DNA from: a virus
Taxonomy: Duplodnaviria > Caudoviricetes
Direction: 5' to 3' (one strand)
Virus record (IMG/VR): IMGVR_UViG_3300041411_000177
Span: 16,477-80,476 of that record
DNA: 64,000 nucleotides
This document shows positions 54,848 to 63,072 of this stretch, piece after piece (the stretch's first letter is position 1; the number at the start of each line of letters is the position of its first letter). Made by a program: the position numbers and the translations under genes. Under the pieces are notes generated by a model. It did not search any database, was not told the origin of the DNA, and worked only from the letters and a program-made list of their open reading frames with translations.

Positions 54848-56785
54848 ATGACTATTATCGCTAAAGGCCAGACCGTAAACGTAAACCACGGCAAAAAAGG
54901 CATCATCAAAGAAGTGGTGAAAATCGTCCTGAAGAACGGCACCGTCCGTACCGAGGAAGGTTCCGAGTTCAACACTGCCGACATGTACAACAAAGGCAAA
55001 GGCAAGTTCGTTGACCTGAAAGGCGGCGTTTCTAAAAAGGCCCCTGCTGCAAAAGCTGCTGCTGAACCTGCTGCAAAAGCAGAACGTCCGGCCCCGGCTT
55101 CCGTCACGTTCAAAGAACTGGACGAAAAAGCGCGCAAGATCAACGGCATCGAAATCGAAAGCCTGAAACGTAAAGAAGGCATTGTCGTTCTGGTCGATGG
55201 TTCCACCGTTGCCATCGCTGACATTTCCCGTAAGGGTAAAGGTTACGGCGCTGACGTTGTGACCCCTGCACCGAAAGCTGGCAAAGCTCCAAAAACCGCC
55301 GCCGCAAAACCTGCTGCTGAAAAAGCACCGGTTAAAGCCTCGGTCAAGCCATCCGCAAAAGCAGCCCCTGTAAAAGGTGGCGCTGTGAAGAAAACCAAAG
55401 CAGCCGACACCGATATGGCGTTTGACGAAGGCGCTCTGTATGGCCCGGCAGGTCAATACGAAACTTCCGACGTTCGCGGTAAAGTGATCGACTTCAACGG
55501 CGACGATTTGAAAGTCGTGAAAACCTTTTCGTCCGGTCGTTGTGTTCTGGAAGACGGCGAAGAATTCCAAGTTGACGAAGTGCGCAAAACCGTCAGCGGC
55601 AAATTCTGCGTGTACTCCGACGAATACATTGCAGAACTGAAAGAACTGCACGAACAAGCCAACACCCGTGCGAAAGCAATTCAACAGGCCAAAGACACAC
55701 CGAAGCCTGTAACTTCGCGCAGCTTCAAGAAAAACGTAACGCAGGTTCTGGTCGGCAAGAAATTGCAAACCGTTACCAACGTTTACACCAGCGGCACCGT
55801 TCAACTGGATTCCGGCGTGCGTATCGCAATCGCTGACATTCAGCAAGTCGGTGGCAAACTGGTTTACAACGGTTCGACTGCTGCAAATCAGAAATCGGGT
55901 GGCGCACTTCCGAAAACCCGTGAAGTTCCACCGTTCGAGAAAAAGATCATTCGCGTTGCCGAATTCGACGACGATACCGCTACCGATATTTGCGACCTGC
56001 TGGAAGAGCAAGTGCGCAAAATCATGGCCGCCGAATACGACGTGAATCTGGTTTCTGCGTTCGCCGGTCGCGGTACTGATATGTGTACGATTGCATTCAG
56101 TTTCGCAGTTGCCGACGCCGATCCTGCGCGCATTGCAGAAATGGTTAAACGTCAGCACAGTGAAAACTTTGTGGATGACGAAGGCACCGACCTCGATGCC
56201 CACCAGCTGACCCCTAACGGTTCTGACATTCCTGAAGAGGAAGAGGAACAAGAAGAGGAAGAGCAGGAAGAAGAGGAACAGGAGGAAGAAGAGGAACAGG
56301 AAGAGGAAGAGCAGGAGGAAGAAGAGGAACAGGAAGAGGAAGAACAGGAAGAGGAAGAACAGGAAGAAGAGGAAGAATTGGAAGAAGAGGAAGAATTGGA
56401 AGAAGAGGAATCGTCTGATTTCCCTGACGACCAAACTTTCGCACAAGACGTGGAAACTTCTTTCCCCCTCGATCCTTCGCAGCTGATCGACGACGCATCG
56501 GAACGTATGTCGCGCATTATTTCGACTCCGAAATATCAGGGCGCAATGCGTAAAGCCGCTGCTGCGTGGTACGAATCGCAAGATGCGTACACCAACTTCG
56601 GTTATTCCATCGAACCGGGCTTCACTGTTGACGACGCGGGCAATAGCTACCTGTTCATCGGCCTGCGCGCCGACGCACAAGGTCAACAAGCTGTCGGCCT
56701 GATCAACGTGGCGACTCAAACCGTTCGTTCGGTGCCGTTCGAGAAATTCGTTGAGATTTGCGAAGCCAACGATATCGAAATCTAA
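54848..56785 (+). CDS. Multidomain protein: four ~45-aa beta repeats, Lys/Ala linkers, poly-Glu tract
   Basis: ATG 54848 after GGAG; repeated G.V.L.DG....aDi...G.K modules; EEEEQ array; strong codon bias. Confidence 0.82.
   Translation: MTIIAKGQTVNVNHGKKGIIKEVVKIVLKNGTVRTEEGSEFNTADMYNKGKGKFVDLKGGVSKKAPAAKAAAEPAAKAERPAPASVTFKELDEKARKINGIEIESLKRKEGIVVLVDGSTVAIADISRKGKGYGADVVTPAPKAGKAPKTAAAKPAAEKAPVKASVKPSAKAAPVKGGAVKKTKAADTDMAFDEGALYGPAGQYETSDVRGKVIDFNGDDLKVVKTFSSGRCVLEDGEEFQVDEVRKTVSGKFCVYSDEYIAELKELHEQANTRAKAIQQAKDTPKPVTSRSFKKNVTQVLVGKKLQTVTNVYTSGTVQLDSGVRIAIADIQQVGGKLVYNGSTAANQKSGGALPKTREVPPFEKKIIRVAEFDDDTATDICDLLEEQVRKIMAAEYDVNLVSAFAGRGTDMCTIAFSFAVADADPARIAEMVKRQHSENFVDDEGTDLDAHQLTPNGSDIPEEEEEQEEEEQEEEEQEEEEEQEEEEQEEEEEQEEEEQEEEEQEEEEELEEEEELEEEESSDFPDDQTFAQDVETSFPLDPSQLIDDASERMSRIISTPKYQGAMRKAAAAWYESQDAYTNFGYSIEPGFTVDDAGNSYLFIGLRADAQGQQAVGLINVATQTVRSVPFEKFVEICEANDIEI
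56234..56410 (+). repeat. (E4-5 Q/L) coding array, 59 codons with 49 Glu
   Basis: GAAGAGGAAGAGGAACAG-type repeats. Confidence 0.92.
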
Positions 56786-56801
56786 TCGTTCCTGTTCCCA
56801 C

Positions 56802-56827
56802 GCGGGGGAGCAACTAGAATCCCCCGC
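56802..56827 (+). terminator. Intergenic hairpin (weak terminator or mRNA stabiliser)
   Basis: GCGGGGGA...TCCCCCGC with no U tract. Confidence 0.5.
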
Positions 56828-56851
56828 AAATTTAATTCCGAGGTAAATGTC

Positions 56852-58006
56852 ATGAGCGTATTTTTCCAAAATCTGGCAGCTGCTGCGCACAACGCAATCC
56901 ACGCCTACTACATGAGCCTGTTTTCGCTGGCACTGGGCACCAACGCCGACGAACTGGCCGACTGGTACAAACTCGATCCGACCGAACTGGAACTCGACGA
57001 CGGCGTGGAAGTTTACGCCAAACGTATCACGTTGCCGATTTGGGATTTGGTAAGTCCCGATCATGCGGCTGAAGTCGCCAGCGATTTGATGCTGGAATTC
57101 GAAGCGAAACATAATCTGTTTGTTTGCAGTTACACGGGCGATTCTGAATTCGTGGTTTACATCACGAACGTCGAATGCGAACTGGATAACCTGCGTATCG
57201 CTTTCGAAGACGTGGAAGAAATCGAAGAGGAAGAAGAGGAACTGGAAGAGGACGTGCGTACATCCGAAAGCGGTCGCGTTCTTTCCATCGTTCCACAAAT
57301 CGGCAATCAACAACCAGCGGCCCCGGTTTCGGCTTCTGTTGTAGTTGACGCGGATTTTCCGCCTGAAGAAGACTTCCCCGAAGAACCAGAACAAGCGGCC
57401 CCGGTGACTGCGCAAACGCCTGCTGTGGAACTGGCCGACGCCGATCTGGTAGAGGAAGAGCCATTGCCCGAGGAAGAGCCTGTAAACGAAGCACAGGCAG
57501 CGCCAGTGGCAACCGAAACCGAAGCACAAGGCAATGCCGTTGCCGACGCGTTGAATGGTCAACCCCTGTACGCACAGGAACCGCTGACCACTGACGAAAC
57601 ACTGGCAGTCATTGCAGACCGTCGCGACCAGCAACCTGAAGCCGAACCAGCAACCGACAATGCACAGGCTGAAGCCATTGCAGAAGCCGACCAAGGCCCG
57701 GTGAAAGAATCGGCGGAAATCATCGCGGTGATTCACGCAGAAAAAATGCAGCAGATTATCGGCATGTTGCCTTCGGACACCATGCACGAAATCGACGACC
57801 AGACCGGCGTCCTGACTCTGATGTACAGCCGCGAAGTGAATGGCGAAAACGTGGATTACGTGCGCACCATTCGCATCGAAAACGAAAACTTCCAAAACAT
57901 TCGTTACGTGGATGTTTTCTATGTCGAGGACGAAGCGGGCGTAGTGCTGAATCGCACGTCTAACGCGACCATCGTTGTCCGTCAGTTGGATAACCTGATC
58001 GTTTGA
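56852..58006 (+). CDS. Acidic hypothetical protein with Glu/Pro/Ala-rich disordered centre
   Basis: 384 aa, GAGGT SD, strong codon bias. Confidence 0.8.
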   Translation: MSVFFQNLAAAAHNAIHAYYMSLFSLALGTNADELADWYKLDPTELELDDGVEVYAKRITLPIWDLVSPDHAAEVASDLMLEFEAKHNLFVCSYTGDSEFVVYITNVECELDNLRIAFEDVEEIEEEEEELEEDVRTSESGRVLSIVPQIGNQQPAAPVSASVVVDADFPPEEDFPEEPEQAAPVTAQTPAVELADADLVEEEPLPEEEPVNEAQAAPVATETEAQGNAVADALNGQPLYAQEPLTTDETLAVIADRRDQQPEAEPATDNAQAEAIAEADQGPVKESAEIIAVIHAEKMQQIIGMLPSDTMHEIDDQTGVLTLMYSREVNGENVDYVRTIRIENENFQNIRYVDVFYVEDEAGVVLNRTSNATIVVRQLDNLIV

Positions 58007-58012
58007 CTGTGA

Positions 58013-58022
58013 AACTGTAAAT
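58013..58022 (+). promoter_or_regulatory. AACTGTAAAT motif
   Basis: Exact copy 6 nt before a terminator hairpin. Confidence 0.55.
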
Positions 58023-58028
58023 CAGAAT

Positions 58029-58060
58029 GGAAGGGTTACTTCGGTGGCCCTTCCTTTTTT
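58029..58060 (+). terminator. Intrinsic terminator
   Basis: GGAAGGG-TTAC-TTCG-GTGG-CCCTTCC-TTTTTT. Confidence 0.85.
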
Positions 58061-58080
58061 CATTTCTGGAGCCTGCACAC

Positions 58081-58530
58081 ATGACCCACCGCACACGCAG
58101 CGATAAAATCGAAAATATTTTCATGGCGCTCGGTCTGTTGGAAAACAGCAAAGAGTTCGAACGTGAAATGGTTTTGACCTCTTTGATCGGCCCACACATT
58201 CTGGTTTCGATTCCGAATCAATACGACGCCGTTATCACGGTTCCGTTCGAAGGCCCGGTTGTCATTTGCGAAATCAACGGGAGCGTCCAGCGCTTTGCAG
58301 AAACCGGCGCGTTCCTCGAATTCTTCCGTCGCACTTTGGAGCCTGCGCGCCCTGCCACACTGGCCCTTGCTGCTGTAGTTCCTGACAGCACCCGCGTAGG
58401 CAATTCCGTTGTGTTCGAGCGCCGTGGTGTTGTGTACACCTGCGTCGAAGACAAAGGGATTTTCGAAGTACGTTACAACAACCAAAAAATGAGCATGGCC
58501 CACGACGACATTGCAATGGCGTTGGCTTGA
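58081..58530 (+). CDS. Hypothetical protein
   Basis: Likely start MTHRTRS (58081) after GGAG. Confidence 0.72.
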   Translation: MTHRTRSDKIENIFMALGLLENSKEFEREMVLTSLIGPHILVSIPNQYDAVITVPFEGPVVICEINGSVQRFAETGAFLEFFRRTLEPARPATLALAAVVPDSTRVGNSVVFERRGVVYTCVEDKGIFEVRYNNQKMSMAHDDIAMALA

Positions 58531-58548
58531 TTGACTGAGGGATAAAAG

Positions 58549-58851
58549 ATGGAACCGGCAGAATTTGCTTTGCACGTTTTGAACTTTGCAGAGCATGACC
58601 CGATTGCGATCACGAACCATCCCCTTGATATGCATCCCTTCGAGGCTGCTATCGCCCTCAACAACGCACTGGCCCACGTGCCCGGTGGTGATGCCGTAAA
58701 AGTTTTCGGCACCACTGGCGACACGATTATTATTGTGCGCGTGTCCGTTATTCCTGCCTATCGTGAAACCATTGAATTCGGTTGCGATAAACGACACGCC
58801 GAAGAAATTAAACAAATCTGCGAGCGCCTGAACAATGCAGCTACTGACTAG
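58549..58851 (+). CDS. Hypothetical protein
   Basis: 100 aa, GAGG SD. Confidence 0.7.
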   Translation: MEPAEFALHVLNFAEHDPIAITNHPLDMHPFEAAIALNNALAHVPGGDAVKVFGTTGDTIIIVRVSVIPAYRETIEFGCDKRHAEEIKQICERLNNAATD

Positions 58852-60121
58852 CACAATCCATCACCTGTACGAAAAAGGGATTCTCAAAACGTGCGACCCT
58901 TCGCATGACTTCGAGTCATATTCGTATGAGTACATGGGCCGACTGGTTAAACAGCCTGTTACGGTAAGTACGCGTATGAAAAAATCAGACCTGATTAACA
59001 TTGTGCGCAGCGCGTGCGATGGCAACTTAGCAGACATGGCGACGGTCGCTATGCTGTTTAATGTTGGCTATGGCATGCCGTTTGATCGTGAACGTTCCGT
59101 GGCATGGATGAAATATTCGCTGGTCGAGCCTTCGAGTCAGTTCGACGCTGAATGTGAATACGCAATTAAGTGCGCCGAGGAAGCACCGGACGTTTGCTAT
59201 CCGGACTCGCTGATTTATCCATGCCTCGATATCGTTCGAAAGATCCACGATCACAAAAACACCGGCACCCTTCACGTGGGTTGTTCGGTTCTGCCACGAT
59301 TAAAAGGCGTGCGCGTGTATTTGATTTATCGCACGCAGCCCGGCGTCACTCCGCATTTGTATGCGGGCTTTTATCGCGATAAGGAAAACTATTTCCTGTC
59401 GTTGGATAAGCTCGTTGCGTTGGGAGCGCCCCGTTACTTTGGCGAGATTCGCGGTCGCGTAACAATGACCGAATACACGCCGTTCGGACACAATGCAATG
59501 TACGTCGTGGCCGGTACTGTCTACATTCCAGAATCAAAACGGAATGGTGATCGAATCGGCCAAGTGTTTAAACAATTCCTCACGGATGAAACGCCAGCGC
59601 TCACACCGCAGCACTTCAACCCCGAGGACGACATTGCGTTGCAACAGGAAGCGCAAAAAACTGTAAATACTCTTACACGGTCACAGAGTCGTTTGGCGGA
59701 ACAAGGGAAGCCTATTCCATTGGATTCGCTACAACACTTGCAGAAGGCCAAGAAGCGTTTGGATGAGCTAACGGAACGGGTTAAGAACTCCAACCCCGAA
59801 GCCGAATACGCTGCATACCTTCAAACGCGGCCAGAAGCGCGCCTACGCTTCGTTGCCACTGAACTGTACCGGTGGAACCGCGACGGGCTTAAAACCGTTC
59901 CAATGGGACGACAGCCGTTTTTGCTTATGTCGTCGATGGGCTTCCGTAGCCTTACGCATCCTGCACTCGAAATAGTGGGCCACATCGCTGACACGACAGA
60001 CGTGCGCGAAACTGTAAATAAATTCGAGAAAGCATTAGATGCGAAGGTATCCGCTTTAATCATTCAACCCGGCCCCGAATCGACGGTGCGGTTTGTAGAC
60101 GTTACGAGGATTGACCTGTGA
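58835..60121 (+). CDS. Degenerate NAD-dependent DNA ligase adenylation-domain-like protein with SEL1-like repeat
   Basis: LPRLKGVRVYLIY aligns to LigA motif I (EPKxDGlavsLlY); VVAGTVYIP to motif III (EVRGEVyMP); RLRFVA to IIIa; AMLFNVGYGMPFDRERSVAW resembles SEL1. Confidence 0.55.
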   Translation: MQLLTSTIHHLYEKGILKTCDPSHDFESYSYEYMGRLVKQPVTVSTRMKKSDLINIVRSACDGNLADMATVAMLFNVGYGMPFDRERSVAWMKYSLVEPSSQFDAECEYAIKCAEEAPDVCYPDSLIYPCLDIVRKIHDHKNTGTLHVGCSVLPRLKGVRVYLIYRTQPGVTPHLYAGFYRDKENYFLSLDKLVALGAPRYFGEIRGRVTMTEYTPFGHNAMYVVAGTVYIPESKRNGDRIGQVFKQFLTDETPALTPQHFNPEDDIALQQEAQKTVNTLTRSQSRLAEQGKPIPLDSLQHLQKAKKRLDELTERVKNSNPEAEYAAYLQTRPEARLRFVATELYRWNRDGLKTVPMGRQPFLLMSSMGFRSLTHPALEIVGHIADTTDVRETVNKFEKALDAKVSALIIQPGPESTVRFVDVTRIDL

Positions 60122-61062
60122 ATAACGATATTTCCTATCAGGAACAACACAAGCAGCAATTGCAATCGAGCGAGCGCCAATTGGGCACCGCCGCTGAACC
60201 CGAGAATGTAACTCGCGGCAAAGCAAACATTCCGGTTGAAACAGCCGGTGAATTTCCGGTGCGGATCGTACCGCGTGTGGAAGTGGTGTTCGGCGCTGTG
60301 CTGAATACTGTAAATGAAGTGGTAGAAGCACATAAGACGTTCACACCTGTGATCGCTTATGACGCCGGAACCTTCGAAGAGGGCGAAGACGAAATTTCGT
60401 TGTACCGTCCGCTCACTCGCAAAGTAAACGGCGTTGCAATTCAACCACTCACTTCGCTTTATGAATTCCTTCAGGGCCTTGAGCTTGAACAGTACCTGAT
60501 CGTTTGCGAAGACGCGGTATTGCAACAACGCACCCAAGGCCTGATCGACACACTGCATGCGCAATTGCAGGATGCGTTCGGCGGCGTGGCTTTCGAACAG
60601 CACGGCGTTGATTTCTCCATTGCACGCGGTGATTATTTCTCTACCAGCGTCACGCAGTACACCGCAGAGAAATCGAAAACTGTAAATATCATTCATCTGG
60701 TAATTCGCGTACATATCCACGCTGCCAGCTTGACCAATACGTCTGCCGATCCTGCCGAAGCGATGACCACCTTTGATTTGGGGTATCGGCAAGTGATCAA
60801 AAACTTTGCAGCTGCTACCAAGATTCAGACGCAGATTGCAGTTGCATTTGATGTTTCTAATTTCACTGTACGGCCTAACCTTCTGTCACTGTTCTCCGCG
60901 CTCTGTGCGGAACCGGGAGCCGAAGCCGACGCTGTAAACAAAGACGATCATATCGACGCGAACGTAATTGTTTCCGTCGCACTGACAAACCCAAACGCAA
61001 AACTTCGCACCGCACCGAAGAAAAAGGTCGGGCAAGTTAAGCCCAAGCAAAAAGGTAGTTAA
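60118..61062 (+). CDS. Hypothetical protein
   Basis: 314 aa, GTGA overlap, basic C-terminal tail. Confidence 0.75.
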   Translation: MNNDISYQEQHKQQLQSSERQLGTAAEPENVTRGKANIPVETAGEFPVRIVPRVEVVFGAVLNTVNEVVEAHKTFTPVIAYDAGTFEEGEDEISLYRPLTRKVNGVAIQPLTSLYEFLQGLELEQYLIVCEDAVLQQRTQGLIDTLHAQLQDAFGGVAFEQHGVDFSIARGDYFSTSVTQYTAEKSKTVNIIHLVIRVHIHAASLTNTSADPAEAMTTFDLGYRQVIKNFAAATKIQTQIAVAFDVSNFTVRPNLLSLFSALCAEPGAEADAVNKDDHIDANVIVSVALTNPNAKLRTAPKKKVGQVKPKQKGS

Positions 61063-61067
61063 TCCTC

Positions 61068-61628
61068 ATGGCTAAGCCAGAAAAGAAAGTAGCAACAAAA
61101 GCACGTACCAAAGTTTCGCGTTTGGACAAAGCCCTTCGCAAGCTGACCGGCACCACTGCCAAAACACCATTCAGCATGAAGACCGGCCTGTTCACCGTGA
61201 CCGGCTACAGCGTCGTACCGAACGAAGTACCGGGCTACCTGATCGACCGCACCGCGACCCACACCATCTATCGCCACAAGGCCACCAGCGCCTCGAAGAA
61301 AATGGTTGTGTCCGTGTTCGCAAACTCCGACGTTCTGCAACTGCTGGGCGGCAAAGAAGGCGGTAGCGTTACCGTTCGCCGCCGTTCCGCTTTCACCAGC
61401 GCAACCGGCACCCTGAAATTCGACGGCACTTCGGTAATCGTTACCGACGACAACGGCGGCGTGGCCGTGTTCGATCTGGCCGCTGGCGATTACGAAATCA
61501 AAGCATTCGACACCGAAGGTTCGCAGGCTTCGGGCCGTGGCGTGAAATCGGCTTCCGACGATGGCAAGAAAAAGAAAGCCAAAGTCACCGATATCAAGGA
61601 AGGCGGCAAAAAGAAAGTAAAAAAGTAA
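61068..61628 (+). CDS. Hypothetical beta-rich protein with basic N- and C-terminal tails
   Basis: 186 aa; MAKPEKK... and ...GKKKKAK..GGKKKVKK; strong codon bias. Confidence 0.8.
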   Translation: MAKPEKKVATKARTKVSRLDKALRKLTGTTAKTPFSMKTGLFTVTGYSVVPNEVPGYLIDRTATHTIYRHKATSASKKMVVSVFANSDVLQLLGGKEGGSVTVRRRSAFTSATGTLKFDGTSVIVTDDNGGVAVFDLAAGDYEIKAFDTEGSQASGRGVKSASDDGKKKKAKVTDIKEGGKKKVKK

Positions 61629-61685
61629 CTGACACCCGGTACATGGGCGACCTCGACTGAGAGCGCCCGTGACCCACTCGCAGTA

Positions 61686-61732
61686 AACTGTAAATACACT
61701 GTACAAGATGTGCAGTGCAGAAAACTGTAAAT
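61686..61732 (+). promoter_or_regulatory. Tandem AACTGTAAAT motifs flanking a 9-bp hairpin
   Basis: Motifs at 61686 and 61723; CACTGTACA-AGA-TGTGCAGTG at 61697..61717; 39 nt to ATG 61771. Confidence 0.68.
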
Positions 61733-61770
61733 CTCTTTTAGCAACATCAATCAATAGATCGGAGTTATTC

Positions 61771-62295
<525 letters not shown>

Positions 62296-62360
62296 TTACA
62301 GTCTGATCTTCTGATCTGATCCAAAGAAATTCTCCGACTTCTTTCGTCCTGAGATTTCTA

Positions 62361-62390
62361 GGAACCCGGTGTAACAGCCGGGTTTCTTTT
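62361..62390 (+). terminator. Intrinsic terminator
   Basis: GGAACCCGG...CCGGGTTTC-TTTT. Confidence 0.8.
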
Positions 62391-62434
62391 CGCCAAAAAA
62401 CGACTTTTTCAAAAATATAGGGAACACCAAGATC

Positions 62435-63019
62435 ATGGCTAAGAATGACCTGACCATTAACGGCAAATCCGAAATCGGTCGTCTGCGTAAGCAGCAGCGC
62501 GCTCTGGAACAATCCAGCAAAGCGCAAGAAAAAGCGCTGGAAGTAACCAACGGCCAAGCGACCGAAGTTGCCGAACAAATCGCTACCCTCGAAGCACAAC
62601 TGAGCGGCGAGCCGGTCAAAGCTGCCAAGGGCGGCAAGAAAGCTGCCAAGGCCGACGCCAAGCCAGCCAAGGGCAAGAAAGCTGCCAAAGCTGACGACGA
62701 AAAGCCAGCCAAGAAATCCAAGAAAGCCGACAAGGAAGACGACGCCAAACCGGCCAAGAAATCCAAGAAAGCCGACAAGGACGAAGCTCCTGCCAAGAAG
62801 TCCAAAAAGGCTTCGAAGGAAGTAGAAGCACCGGCCAAAAAGAAAAAGGCCAAAGCTGAAGCCGAAGCTCCGGCCAAGAAAAAGAAAAAAGCAAAGGACG
62901 TTGAAGCCGACGCTCCGAAGAAAAAGAAAAAGTCGAAAGACTCCGACACCAGCAGCAAGAAAGTGAAAAAAGGCGACAAGAAAAAAGCCAAGAAAGAATA
63001 CGACGAATTCGAAGACTAA
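62435..63019 (+). CDS. Histone H1/HC2-like protein: N-terminal coiled coil plus KKxKKA repeats
   Basis: 194 aa; PAKKSKKA(D/S)K repeated; acidic end EYDEFED; terminator follows. Confidence 0.82.
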   Translation: MAKNDLTINGKSEIGRLRKQQRALEQSSKAQEKALEVTNGQATEVAEQIATLEAQLSGEPVKAAKGGKKAAKADAKPAKGKKAAKADDEKPAKKSKKADKEDDAKPAKKSKKADKDEAPAKKSKKASKEVEAPAKKKKAKAEAEAPAKKKKKAKDVEADAPKKKKKSKDSDTSSKKVKKGDKKKAKKEYDEFED

Positions 63020-63047
63020 TTCGGATCGCCGTCTAGGCTAACAGAAC

Positions 63048-63066
63048 GGGGGCCATTGGCCCCTTT
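63048..63066 (+). terminator. Intrinsic terminator
   Basis: GGGGCCA-TT-GGCCC-TTTT type short stem. Confidence 0.6.
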
Positions 63067-63072
63067 TCTCGT

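Noticed and set aside
43478-57895. Long minus-strand ORFs 43478..45322, 46613..48508, 52624..53739, 53743..55224, 54725..57895
   Set aside because: Antisense shadows of motif-bearing or codon-biased plus-strand genes
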